A stretch of 64,000 nucleotides of DNA from Psammoneis japonica (Eukaryota): positions 62,001-126,000 of the forward strand of contig QPGO01000052.1 of NCBI GenBank assembly GCA_008632985.1, in the 5' to 3' direction. The notes below the pieces were generated by a model. The model searched no databases, had not been told where the DNA came from, and saw nothing but the letters and a program-made list of their open reading frames with translations. The first letter of the stretch is position 1. Each line of letters starts with the position of its first letter. This document shows, one piece after another, positions 11,990 through 24,940 of the stretch. The position numbers and the translations under genes were made by a program.

Positions 11990-14607
11990 CTATACTACTA
12001 CCATTTTGAATCTGATAGTTTCGCTTGTTGCCATTTTGTCAGTGTACACGCCAGTTGCCCCCCACGGCTCCTCGCGCTTTGTTGTAAGGGAGTAATGCGA
12101 ATTTCCCTGGGATTGTTGTAAACGAGAGTGGTCAGCTGGTTCCAGCGATGCTTTTGAGACTCCTGGAAGATCTGTTGACGCCACCATGATGTTCCGTTCG
12201 ACATCTGTAAATCGGAAAGCCCCATGATCTGCCTTGTCTGCCTTCATAAACAGGAAAGGTGAGGAAACTCATTGGCTGCGCGAAGGGGAAAAGGAGTGCT
12301 TCATAATCGCACGTACCAACAAAATAAGGACGTCTCCATCGGTAGCAAAAGACTGGTCCTTTGAATGTTTTACTTCCACATTAGGCAGCCATCCTGGACG
12401 ATACTTGGCTAGAAGATTGCCATGGCCAAGCACGTCATTGACAGCCATTCCAAGAGCACAAGGACCGGAAAGTAGTAATTCTGGCGTGGCCCTCGATTTC
12501 CAGATCTCTGTATCATTGAAACGAGCTGTGAGGCAGATGTCCAATTCAAAATCAAAGACATCGGCGCGATTCAGAATGAATGATACTAGTCGTTCAATGA
12601 GGCGAGCTAGAAACAAATGACCGGGTTCTGTACCAATCAAGCCATTCCATAGGCAGAATTTCTCGTTGGCGTAGTCTGTCACTACGTCAAGTGGTACAAA
12701 AAAAGACATCTCTGGTGTAATGAATGCATCAAGATTAGTATCCAGCTTCACGTCAACGTCAGCATAAACACCTCCATCTCTTAGGAGCACCAGGTAGCGG
12801 AAAAGGTCAGCCTAACGGTCAACACAAAATTCCACCGAGAGTCAGATTTCGTGCAGGGATTAGTAAGATGGACCCCAATTGCAGTCCTTACCTTGTAGGC
12901 TCCCGGAATTAACGCATCGAAAGCATTCACAAATCGAAGCGGATAGTGTTCCACAATGTATTCGCGGGCACTCTCATCGGTGTAGAACCTATAATCCCAG
13001 CCGTGTATTTTCCATGAATTCTGAAGACGCACGAGATCTGGATATCGGTCAAACGTTAGCTCTTCCCAAAAAGTTTGATGGATAATTCTTGGAATCCTTC
13101 CGCCTTCCTTGACTCTTTCATCAAGGGTTTTCGATGGCGGTACCTCTGAAATTTCAATCTCAACCGTCACTTCTTTTCGTTTAAGTCTGTTTGAAACGTC
13201 GCAGAAGAATTCTTTCAATTGGTTGGGACAAACCAATGAACATGCTGAAAAGGACCCGAAATAACGTGCACGAAGACATCGCATGCATAGCCAGCTAGGA
13301 ACGATACCACGTCGTTTCATTGTGTCCTGCATGGATACCTTCCGTTCCCTGACTGGCCGATTTGTGTCTCTTCTTTCCCTTATAGTGACTGTTTTCGTCG
13401 TTTCTTTCGATAGCGATCCTTCAAGATTGAGATGAGTGTCGATAAGACGGGCTTCCAGCGACGCGTATATCATGTTGTTCTCATGACACAGCAAAGTAGT
13501 AGCTCCTCGACTTTTCAAATCATTCCAGTCGTCCTCACTCATAAGCGCGGACTGCAAGTCTGTATGGGAGAAAAGACCATTGCTGTTTTCGAGTTTTTTC
13601 ATGATGCATTTGAGGTACGGGTTTCGCGGAGAAACGGCCAGAAGCAAGAGTTCCGGCTGTCCATGGTTGTTTGCAACGTCCTTAGGGTTCGAACTATCGA
13701 TATGCAGAAACACCATGAGCCCTCGTGAAGCGCAAGACGTCTCCACCCTTGTCAAGTTTTCGGCTTCAATTCCTTTCAAGATTGAAGAAACATGACGAAC
13801 GCGTTGGCCACCAAAGTAGCCTCCGTACTGAAATAAGGCACAAAAGGCCCAAACGTAAAGCCGGTTTTCGACCGAAGCCATTCTGTATGTTTCGGACAAT
13901 CCGCTGCAGTTCTGTGAAACCATCTTTATCATCTCGTCCTCCTCGAAACTAATAGCAGTAATTCCTCTCATAGGCTTTATCCACTGAAGGGGCTGAAGAA
14001 TCACTTTTGGGATTGCGTCTTGCGGTGGGAATAAAAAATGTTGCTCATGACTGACAAGGTTCTCGTCTCTCGAGCGAAAACAGGATTCTTCCCAACTATC
14101 GGCCTGATGCGTAAGATTCTGCAACATGTTGGCCTTTTGCTTATACCTGATGAGCATCTCAACCAACGCTGCCTGTGGAAGCACAGGTGCTTTTCCTCTA
14201 GCCGGCTCCGAAACCGGTGGGAGCTTAATCCCCATTGATTGCAATTTCATTTCCCGCTGCCGCAACGTCGAATGATAGACAAAGCGTCGGATTATTGAAT
14301 CCGTTAGCCTTCCCAACAATCCGCCGCGGATGGAATATGCTGGACCGAATAAAACCTTTCGCAATGGCAAAAGCATCGCAAAAACAACAAGACAAGATAG
14401 TGCGGCTCGATTTCTTTGCTTTCTCAAGGCCAGACACCGCGAAAGCAGAATTGGGGGTGTAAGAGGTCGCTCTATGAAAGATTTAAATTTTTTTCTTCTC
14501 GAATCATCATCACTTCTTGCCATGATTGCCCCTTCTTCAACATCTTTGTGATCATGATTCTCCGTATGGTTGGCAATGGCCACGACTCCTCTTCTTCTGA
14601 TTGACAT
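11990..14607 (-). CDS. DXD glycosyltransferase (GT32 / OCH1-like mannosyltransferase family), type II membrane protein, 3 exons
   Basis: IPRIIHQT and spliced GAYK|ADLFRYLVLLRDGGVYADVD motifs, with an N-terminal hydrophobic anchor. GT-AG introns at 12812-12891 and 12242-12316. Confidence 0.85.
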
Positions 14608-15240
14608 GCTCAGTCCTTCTGATATTTGTTGAACCGAGATTGAAGAAAAGAAGAACGCCACGTCGCTAATTTTGCAAAACAGTGTACTGCTTATTCTGGA
14701 ACATTCATCATGGCTTACTATTGAGCCATAGCCCTAGAATCATCATCGTCGTTTGTTTTCCTTGACTGATGATGGATGAGCGGTGGCTTCAATGGATATC
14801 GATCATTGAATATATATTATCCATTATGATTATACAGGTTTATCTAAATCTATATCAGTTTATATTGATATTCATGTGAGTAAATATTAAAAAAATAAAA
14901 CAGAAAAGATGTTAAAGTACAGTAATTTGCTATGAATCGCAGTACTTAGAATAACACGAAATATTGGTAGTGAATACCGGTATAACGGTGTATAGTATTA
15001 TTTTCAGTGTATGAATACATCCTCCGCCTCCTCCCTCCTTGGTAGTACCGGTAAATTCCTCCTCTCACGCTCTCATGCACATGGCGGCGGGAGACCTTTC
15101 GTTGCGCCGCTGCTGTCTTCGCAAATTGCATCGTATTACCTAACCCTACCATACCATACCCTGTACATGGAAGTATTCTCGCCCCTCTCGTCTTAATTTA
15201 AGACTTCTGCAACAATTAATTTGAGAGAAACGTTGAACTG

Positions 15241-16905
15241 ATGAGCCATAATATGAATATTCCAGTTGTTCAGGGTGTTGCAGTCCCAAGCGAGTCGGGG
15301 TACAGTCATCAACCTGTAACTTCGTCGGCAGATCAGACAAAGACTAGCAACACGTACGGATCAGGTGACAATGTCAATGCTTTCTCAGAACCGCTCACGG
15401 GTGGAGGTGATTACAATGGATACAAGGGTGAGCCGCAGCCCAAGCAATTTCAGGATGTTGCTTTTGCTATCGCCTTTGTCGCACATTTGGTAGTCATGCT
15501 TGTGGTGCTGGTCATGTTTACCGCTAAGAGCGACAATGGCGAAGCAGATGGAAACAGAAATACGTACGGCGGCGTGGCGTGGTGTGTGTCGGTATGTGGG
15601 CTCTTTGCCTTGGCTTTATCTACAGTGACGCTGGGTTTCATGATGAAGTTCGCGCATCAACTGGTGCAAGTGGCGTTGATCTTCAGTGTCATATTCTCCT
15701 TGGTTTTGGGAATAGTGGGTGCGATGATGGGTCAAGCAATGATGGCCATCGCGGGATTTGTCTCCTTTGCTATTGGAATTTGTTATGCCTATTTCGTGTG
15801 GAGACGCACTCCGGTGAGACACGTCGGTGTGACCGATCCTTCTTGCTGGCTTTACAAATTGTTCCGCACGCTTACATCTCTTTGTGCTTATTCGTTGGCA
15901 GTTTGCGGCTACCAATCTTAACACCGCGTTGACTGCTGTCCGTGCAAACATGGGTCTTGCGATAATTGCATATTCATCTCTGGCCCTCGCTTTTGTATGG
16001 TCGCTTGGGTGGTCATCGCAGCGACCAGTGCGTTTGCTTCTGTGGGGGAAGGAGTCATTTTTCTGTTTCTCTTGTCCTACTACTGGACACACCAAGTACT
16101 TCAAAACTCGGTCCATGTCACGGTCGCTGTAAGTCGAAATTCAGCATTGGCAAATCTCTCTGTTGTGTTTTGCTTCTCACCTTTCTATTCCTTTCTCGCC
16201 GATGATGCTACCAAAAAGGGCGTGGTTGGCACGTGGTGGTTCGTTCCCGACGAGGCCTCCAGCTTTTGCTCGAAAGCCATTACCGACTCTTTCTGTCGCG
16301 CTACCACATATTCGTTTGGTTCCATTTGCTTTGGAAGTCTGCTGGTCGCTCTTATCCAGGCCCTTCGCCATTTGCAACATTTGCTCCGAGAAAACGACGA
16401 TTTCAACTTTGTTGTGTGCATCATTGATTGCATTCTTGCGTGCATTCAAGGCATTATTGAATACATCAACAAGTGGGCATATGTTTATGTAGGACTCTAT
16501 GGCTATAGCTACCTCGAGGCAGGACGCAATGTCGTTACGCTATTTCAAAACAAAGGATGGACAACGATCATTACGGATAACCTTGTGGAGAATGTCTTGT
16601 TCATGGTGAGCATTGGTATCGGACTCGTCACTGGGCTAGTGGGACTTGCGATGGGAAGTATCGACGGAGATTTGTTTGCTGGCGTTGGATACGAGGACGG
16701 GGGAGTTGTAGGCTTTGTTGTTGGTCTCTTTGTTGGGTTCTTGTTTGCTACGATTCTCATGAGTGTCGTTGGTAGTGCTACAAACACTGTTATCGTTTGC
16801 TTTGCCGAATCACCCGCAGAATTTCAAGCGAATCACCCCCAACTTAGCGAAGAAATGAGAGCAGCTTGGAGACAAGCGTGGCCCTCCGAGTGCGCGAATC
16901 TCTAA
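15241..16905 (+). CDS. Choline transporter-like (SLC44/CTL/PNS1) protein, paralogue 1, with a 1-nt frameshift at ~16014
   Basis: Motifs HVTVAG..GTWWF, SFGSICFGSLLVA, NKWAYVYVGLYGYSY..AG. Introns at 15814-15901 and 16129-16218. Confidence 0.85.
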
Positions 16906-17314
16906 GTGATCCAGAGATGCAAACATAACTTAGTGTCTTGATTATTCATGTAGTTACAGCTGGTTGGTACTTCCAACCCGCGGTTCTCAGTTCTGTCATT
17001 TATGCTAGTTGTAGCTGGGCTAGCTTTGTGGTTGTGCGTTTTTATTACAGCTTGGGGGTGCACAGTAGGTCCCAGGGCTTACCTTGAAAGTGCAATGATG
17101 TGTGCGCAGCGCACGTGTTGAGTGATCGCATTTCTCTGGAGGCGGCTTCAAGCTGCATGACCACAATTCTGAAGCTTGATACTACGGGAAAGGAAGCATG
17201 AAGGAGCTTACTTTACAAATTTAACAATATCCAGCGTTCATTATGCTAGAGAATCTCTTGAAAGGTACTATTTGTCGGGAAGTAAATCCTGAAGATGCTT
17301 ATGCCGCTTCGATT

Positions 17315-19158
17315 TCAGTCCCTGAATTCATTTGGCCATGCCTGCCGCCAAGTTTCTCTCATACGCGACGAGAGTTCCGGATGATTCGCGTCCAGTTCAG
17401 CAGGGGCTTCTGCATACAAAACGATAACCTATTTGGGGGGAGAAAGAAATACGTCAGAGAAACACCTAACATTGACGAGACAAGCATTTTGAATGGCCCT
17501 CGACATACGGTATTGACTCCACTGCTAACAACACTCATAAGAGTCGAACACAAAACAGCTCCAACCACAAAGCCAACCCTGTAAAGCCGACCACCAAAAA
17601 GAAATGTTTAGAGCTGTTTCGCGACGAGGGAAAGTGAAACATTGAAAATGCACAATCAACTCACGCAAAGGGCGCAGCCGCGTACTGCTGAAGACCGAAT
17701 GCTGCGGTGGAGAGGGCACTCAACGCCCCTGTCAAAACTCCCACGCCCACACTAACCATGGCTAAAACGTTGTCAATCAAATTATCCGTAATAATGGTAG
17801 TCCAACCTCTTTGCTTGAAGAGCGTCATGACGTTGGTACCTGCTGTCATGAAGGAGTAACCGTATATGCCAACATAGACAAAGGCCCATTTGTTGAAATA
17901 CTCTGCGAGCCACTCGATACACCCCAGAAGGCATTCTGCACAGGCCATGAGGAGCCCATCTCCGTTTTCCCGCATTTGACGCACCATCTCCTTGGTTGCT
18001 TGTATGATGGCGACAATGAGACTTCCGAAACAAATGGATCCGAACGAGAAGGTAACAGCGCGACAGAAGGAATCACGGACACTGTAGTAGCAGAACGAAT
18101 AATAAATCCGAGAAAACCATGAGCGGTGAATACATCCAGCAGCTTGTCGACAAAGTCAACTTACCCTTTTGAGCAACAAGAGGACGCTTCTAACGGAACA
18201 AACCACCAAGTACCAACAGTTCCAGCGACAGTTACATGTACCGTGTTGCGAATGACTTGTATAGTCCAATAGTAGGACACCAAGAGAGCAAAGACGACTC
18301 CGCCACTAGTTTCTGACTCGCATTCCCAGTTTCCACTGCATCCACTTGTCACATAGACAATAGAGACACTGGTGACACTCCAAAGAATTGTCCAGCCAAA
18401 GAGAATCAATATCGATGAGTAAGCGAAAAAGGAGAGACCCATATTTGACTTGACTGATGTCAGGGCGGTGACCAGGTTGGCCGCTGCAAAAGGAATACGA
18501 CTCCACACCACATAGGCGTAGTATGCTGAAATAGCAAAGCCGATAAAGCACAGAATAGCTACTGGAAATGCCCCCGTCAACAATGCCAAGACTGCTACCA
18601 AGAAAGAAGTAACAATGTTGAACCTTCAAAGTAGAGAAAACGAATGTAAGCTCCGCTAAGCCGATGAATATGTCGACATGCAATCACACTCAGGAACAAC
18701 AGGATTCCGTACCAGAGAGCAATCTTAATAAGCACTTCGGCAAAAGACATCATGAAGGTGAGCGTCAATGCTGAAACGACAAAGGCTGCCAAAAAGCAAA
18801 TCCCAATGATGGCTGCAATCGCTCCAGGATTCGGTACGCCTTGGTCGTTTTCGTCTCCCTCCAAAACACGTTCACCACCGCCGCCATCAAAATTGTAACC
18901 TTCAGCAACGTTGCTATACATTTGAGGGGCATAAACCGATACCAAGCAAATCATCAAGATCAAATGAGCATAGAATAAGAGTGCAAAACCGACATCATTG
19001 CATCGATTGGGTTGCTTTTCCCCTTTGGTCCATTCGCCTGTCTCATGAGGACCTGACGGAACTGACGTTGACGTTGGTGGCGCATACGGACTTGAAACCA
19101 ATTGGCCCTGAACTACCACTGGCTTGCTACCGTGCGCGTAATACGGCGCTGACGACAT
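17315..19158 (-). CDS. Choline transporter-like (SLC44/CTL/PNS1) protein, paralogue 2, multi-exon
   Basis: RIPFAAANL, HVTVAGTVGTWWF, FNKWAFVYVGIYGYSF and C-terminal HPELSSRMRETWRQAWP. About 4 short introns. Confidence 0.85.
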
Positions 19159-19630
19159 GATTAGGAAGCCACGTTGCTCTCTGGTTGTTGCAGGTACGTA
19201 TGGACACTTTTGGGTTTTGTGCGGCTCCTCATTCACGCCATTTTGGATTTCTCTCCTCAGCTTGGCTCGTTGCCTTTTTGGCGACGCATCTGGTCGTGAT
19301 GATTCGCATACCGCGAACCCTAATTTGAAATATGGTGGTCATTGTCGTAGAATAGACATTTCGATGTGGCGCTTAACGACAAAAAAAGATGTTATACATC
19401 TTACAACATGTAGAAAGAATATTGACGCGCAATAAGCGCTGCGCGCGCGCAGCCTTGCCATTTGCCATGCACGCAAGCCATCACCGCACCGCACCACGCA
19501 CAGGCAGGCCATCGCATCACAATCGATCGCATCAGACCCAAAAAACTACTTGCACTTCATTAACATCATTGAACATCGCTCGACGACATCATGATATATA
19601 AGCTCTTCTGTGAACTACAAAGTGAGGAGA

Positions 19631-20188
19631 ATGAGTCATGGAGGAGAGATACCTTCTTCAGCTGCTGCTGAAAAACAAGAAGCAGAGGAATCATCCATAA
19701 GTCTCGGATCGGTTTTTCCCCGGTCGAAAATCAAGGCTCACGTGCTACGAGACGAGGGAGTGGGAAGATTATCAAACAACGCGGTTGACTACATTGGAGC
19801 TTGCTCTGCAGCCTTTTGCCAAAAGTTGATTCGGGACTCTCTGACAAATGATGAGAAAGCATCCAAGGTGCTGACTCTGGAAATGGTTCAGGCCTGTGTT
19901 GGCAAGAAGGATGACTATGATTTCCTCCGAGAGTCAGTCTCAGCAATAGTCGATGATGCGGCGCCCAAGGTAGACTGGCAAAAGACAAAACGCAAACGAG
20001 CGCCTCGCAAAGAAAAAGGTTCGGGAGCAAAGAAGGGTAAAACGAACGATATTGCAAAATCTATCATTCAAAACACAAACGATGTGATAGCTGCAAACGA
20101 GCCTGCCATTCAAAAGGCGATCGCACGTGCTCAGCAAGAACCTCTAGAGCGCGGTGGCATTGTGTTGGACCAAGATGAATACGACTGA
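19631..20188 (+). CDS. Histone-fold protein (NC2-alpha/DRAP1 / NF-YC / DPB3-like)
   Basis: FPRSKIKAHVLRDEGVGRLSNNAVDYIGACSAAFCQKLI...YDFL matches the H2A-like histone-fold pattern FP..RIK.I...D..VG......I....E.F...L. Confidence 0.7.
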   Translation: MSHGGEIPSSAAAEKQEAEESSISLGSVFPRSKIKAHVLRDEGVGRLSNNAVDYIGACSAAFCQKLIRDSLTNDEKASKVLTLEMVQACVGKKDDYDFLRESVSAIVDDAAPKVDWQKTKRKRAPRKEKGSGAKKGKTNDIAKSIIQNTNDVIAANEPAIQKAIARAQQEPLERGGIVLDQDEYD

Positions 20189-20322
20189 CAAAGGACAATC
20201 AATGGCAACTAACGTTAATGTCTAACACACAATAGAGGAACGCACTTGATAGACTCTCCTTCGGGAGTACAGAAGGATCGTGAACTTTCCATCAGAGCAA
20301 ACCTCCCCACAATGACACAGCT

Positions 20323-22172
20323 TTACACACTACCGGGATAAATACTCTGGTAAGCATCTCTCATCTGCTGGGAGAGTTCAGGGTAGTTTTGCTCGAACTC
20401 GGCTGGCGCCTCGGCAAAAAGTACCTGCAAAAAGGAAAAGAGTTAGAAGCTGGAGAAAAGTGAAACGAACGACAACTTCAATGGCACCTACAATCGTGGC
20501 GTTAACTCCACTTCCGATAGTACTCATTAGAATACTGCAGAGAGCCAAACCAACGACGAATCCAAGGCTATCAACAACAAACACAGATGTTAGAGCGCGT
20601 GGCTTGATAGCAATAGTTCACAAGACAGTTTATGCAACGTACAGAAAGGCAACGAGTTGCGAGTTTCCAGCCGCCGTCTTGAAAGTGTCAGAGGAAGTCT
20701 CTAGAATCAGACCAACACAGCCCGACAATCCACCCACAACCACGCTGACCAAAAAGAGCGTGTTACCAACAAGGTCGTCCGCAATGACAGCCTCCCATCC
20801 GCGGTTCTTAAAGAGGGTAAATACATTCTTGCCAGCTTCGAGATAGCTGTATCCGTAGAGTCCGACGTAAATGAATGCCTAAAGAGAGTAAGCGGTACGA
20901 ATTTAGACATTGATAGGTGAGAAAAATAGTAACGTAACAGATACGCAGCAGTTTGCCACGCAGTTCAAACCGCCAACTTACCCATTTGTTGAAATACTCA
21001 ACAAGGTTTGCAAGGCAGGCAAGAATGCACTCAGCAATACAAACCAGGATTCCTCCGTCATCGTTAGCCCTCGCGGAACTTGCTAGGGCACGAAGAGCTT
21101 CAATAACTGCAACTAAAAGCGAACCAAAACAAATGGATCCAAACGACGTAGTCATGGTTCTTTCCCAAATCAGATAAGAGCATGATATGGGTTAGGAAGG
21201 GATACGAGAAGCTACAATTCAATATACAGGACTTAGGGAACTTACCGGCAAAAGCTGTCCGACACAGCGGAGGAGCAACAGCTTTGGCTTTCTTCCGGAG
21301 CAAACCACCACGTTCCCAAAACGCCAGCGACATTGACATGAACACAGTTCTGAGAGAGACAAGAACACAAGTTCATAAGTGATTACATCAAATGCATCAT
21401 AACAAGCATGAAATACAACACATACCTGGATGACTTGGTGGGTGAAGTAGAAAGCCACAAAGAGCAAGAATAGGTAGCCGTAGTTGGTGCTGCAGTTGGT
21501 GCCGAACTCATCACATGTATAGGTTCGATCCCAGACGCCCATGAATGCAATGGACCACAAGAAACTCCAGCCAAACGCAAGAATACCAAAGATGTATGCA
21601 ACAAGGGTAATGCCGCAATTGCTCTTGATGGCGGTGGATGACGTGACGAGATTCGCCGTAGCAAACGGAATGCGCGGCCAAACCGCCCGAGCATAACAAA
21701 TGCCAACCAAGAAGAAGACAGCACCGATGATGCCCCAGAAATACTGTCCAGCAACAAAGGCGAGCGCTGCCCACACCCCCGACAGAGCCACGACGAAAAT
21801 GAGCGACATCTTGACGAGCGTCTCAGGAATCTTCATCATGACCCACAGCATAAAGGCCGAAAACACCAACGAACTTGCGCCGGTGACCAAAACCGTGTAA
21901 ACGTACGGCTCATAATTCTGTCCCGAGTTGTTGGTATCTTCTGATTCAAGTGCATCTGGGCCGTAGATTGCTGCAACGGCAATAATAGCGGCAAGGTTGA
22001 AGTAGAGCAGAATGGCGAAAATTGGGTCGCGGCACTTTGTCTCCTGTTTTTCGCCCGTGGTGAAAGTACCGGACTGAACTGGCTGATCAGTTGGAGGAGG
22101 CGCAGAGGCAGCCGGCTGCCCACCGTAGGGGCTTGCCACAGCAGTGCCTTGAACAACAACGGGTTCTCCCAT
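20323..22172 (-). CDS. Choline transporter-like (SLC44/CTL/PNS1) protein, paralogue 3, multi-exon
   Basis: KCRDPIFAILL, RIPFATANL, TTSFGSICFGSLLVA, YFNKW and C-terminal YPELSQQMRDAY. About 5 short introns. Confidence 0.85.
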
Positions 22173-22635
22173 GGTTCCTCTAAAGTAGTCTTAGGTCGTA
22201 AAACGTAAAACTTGAAGAGACACGGGAATGCTGTCGATGCATGCAATGGCGGCAGTTGAGTTGTGTGTTGAGTCACGCTCCATTCTCACACCCCTGACCA
22301 GGGCGAATTGTCACAATCACACATGAACGACCCTGGTCATCAGAGGGATCTCCGGTCGTGTCTTGATGAGGGTATTGAGCGTCGGGCGACAGACAGAGCG
22401 GTGTCAGGCGCAAAACGCCGACATCCGCCATGGGCCATGGCGGCGATTTGAGAGCCCACGGGAAGGCAAGCAACATCATGACTAGCACCCATGTGGCATT
22501 GTTCTCGATTGAGGAACATTTTGACCTCATCTTCAAGACATTGCATGTGATGCAGAGCACAGAGTGCAGCGCATCCCTGCTGGACTGTGCACGGCGCGAG
22601 TGTGTGATGAGACCAGCCCTTCTTTTGAAGAAGCA

Positions 22636-23187
22636 TCCAGCAACCGTTGGTAAATCCCGTGCATGCCATGAGTCTGTGACCATGTTGGAGCATTCAAGAG
22701 ATCATGAAATGATCAACAACAGGCAATTTGGCATGGCAACATTGCAACATTCTTTTGTGTGCTGCAATCATTGTCGTGTGCAGCAGCTCTTCTCATTTTT
22801 CATGATGGCGGCAGCTTTGTCCAGCAACCGTTGGTAAATCCCGTGCATGCCATGAGTCTGTGACCATGTTGGAGCATTCAAGAGATCATGAAATGATCAA
22901 CAACAGGCAATTTGGCATGGCAACATTGCAACATTCTTTTGTGTGCTGCAACCATTGTCGTGTGCAGCAGTTCTTCTCATTTTTCATGATGGCGGCAGCT
23001 TTGTCCAGCAACCGTTGGTAAATCCCGTGCATGCCATGAGTCTGTGACCATGTTGGAGCATTCAAGAGATCATGAAATGATCAACAACAGGCAATTTGGC
23101 ATGGCAACATTGCAACATTCTTTTGTGTGCTGCAATCATTGTTGTGTGCAGCAGTTCTTCTCATTTTTCATGATGGCGGCAGCTTTG
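22636..23187. repeat. Tandem repeat, 3 x 184 bp, near-identical
   Basis: Units begin tccagcaaccgttggtaaatccc at 22636, 22820 and 23004. Only about 3 variable positions were seen. Confidence 0.95.
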
Positions 23188-23449
23188 GTGGCAGCCGCTG
23201 CACTTGCAAGAGTGCATTTTCCAACAACAAAAAGTGCCCCATCTTCCCCAAGTCTCACAATGTCAGAAACTTTTGTTGCTCCACTGGTGGTCAATGCTTC
23301 CACTTTGTCAATGGATTTGGCTGGTCAAATGGCTCTAGCGCGTTTTGTGAAAAGATGGCCACACAAATGGTGCAGTCTTCATGCTGACTGTCTTCCCACA
23401 CAAAGTTTATGTGGCCCACAAGGTCATTTTGAAAACAAGAGATTTGATT

Positions 23450-24940
23450 GATTTGTTTAGTCCAACATGCCCCAACTGTGCTGTGGGCATGACAAAAACA
23501 CACCACAGAGATTTGTGAGAACGGATTTGGCATTTGTGCAGCAAGGTGAGCAAAAACCGCATTGTCGCGCGGAAAGCAAACTAGTTGCTTTGCAACACCA
23601 AGCTTTCTGACCTGCCATTTCCTCAGCCACATGTGCATGGCAGTGGGAGAGTTCTGAGATTTGCACAATTCTCATGTTCAGCATTCACAGTGGGAATGAA
23701 TGATGCGCGCTGTTGTGCTTGAGTGGGTTTTAGAGTTTCAACAGTTTCGACTTGAGCATCCAGGGATTCCTGAGCACTTGACCTCACCAAGTCTAGAACA
23801 TTTCCATCCTTCTGGGCATGACTCTGGCAATTGTGGTTGTGAAACCTCTCATTCTTGTTCTGGCTGGTTGTCTCCACTCTTGTTGTTTGCATGCGCTTGT
23901 TTTTTCCCTCTCATTGTGTCATTTGCAAGCATTGGTGTGTCTTTCAGATGGTTCAGTGGCACACCCATTGCATTGTCTGGGGTCTTTGGCAAGTGTCATG
24001 ATCCAGGCTGCAGTCTCTTGCAAAACTCTTCTTGAAGCTCTTGTGGCAACAGTTGCCACTGTTCTCTGTGAAGAGGGGTGTTGCACATGTCTTGAAGTTC
24101 ACCTCTTGCAGCTTGTCTTGGACCAATCATTTTCAGTGACATGCTCTCATGCTGCTTCACTTCCAGCATGTTCTTCATGGACTTGGCAAGTGTGTGGAAT
24201 GGATGTCATCCTCTCATTCAGTTGAACACAATGGGCTGGATCAGCTTGAATGGCTTGATCAAATCATCCCCAACATTTGGGCAATTGGGGCTGGCTGCCT
24301 TGCACTCTCTCAATTTCCTGGCTGGTGCAGTGGTCATCTGGGATCACAGCAAATGCAGCAGCAGCCATGTTCTCTTCAAACCACAGCATTGCTGAACTCA
24401 TGTGCTGGCTCCACTTTGTGCCAGCACTCAAGCTCTTTTCTTCTCATTGCTTGTCTGCCAGCTTGGTTCAGTGACCAGCATCTGATCCATCTGGTGTTGC
24501 CATCATGGGCAAACCCAGTGCAGGTTTCTCAGAACCAAAGTTCTTGCATTTTACATCTTCTGAAGATCTTGCCAAATGCATGCCTTGCTTTCACTCTTTC
24601 TGCATGTGATGGATGATCTTTTGCTTGACATTTTCAAACACTGCATTGCAAGCATTGCCATTCAGTGTGAATGATGGAACTTCATCTCAGTCTGAAAGCT
24701 CTGCTTCTGGATGGACTTCATCTCATTGCAAGAGGACTTGTAACCTGCGTTGCCTTGGTCTGCCATGGCCACAACCTTGGCTTTTGCCAGCACTTGTTGC
24801 ACCTCCTCCTCTGATGCACATGTTGTGCAAGGTTCCAGCATTGGCAGACTGCATGGAGGTCAGTGTCTGCAAGCACTGAACACAGTGCCAGCAACTCTTT
24901 GGAGTGAATGTTGAACCAGCAAGTCAATGTCACCAAGAGG
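23450..24940 (-). mobile_element. Decayed copia/CoDi gag(-protease) fragment related to the element at 7990-10400
   Basis: TEMKFHHSLNGNACN..VKQKIIHH..HLARSSED, plus the shared upstream tract tggttcaacattcactccaaagag...gcactgtgttcagtgc (compare ~8010-8055). Confidence 0.7.

Noticed and set aside
17340..17400. Suspected frameshift near the end of CTL paralogue 2
   Set aside because: Careful translation gives a continuous HPELSSRMRETWRQAWP.
22636..23187. Possible CRISPR array (also 35629-36680)
   Set aside because: The units are head-to-tail 184-230 bp repeats with no unique spacers, the context is eukaryotic, and there are no cas genes.
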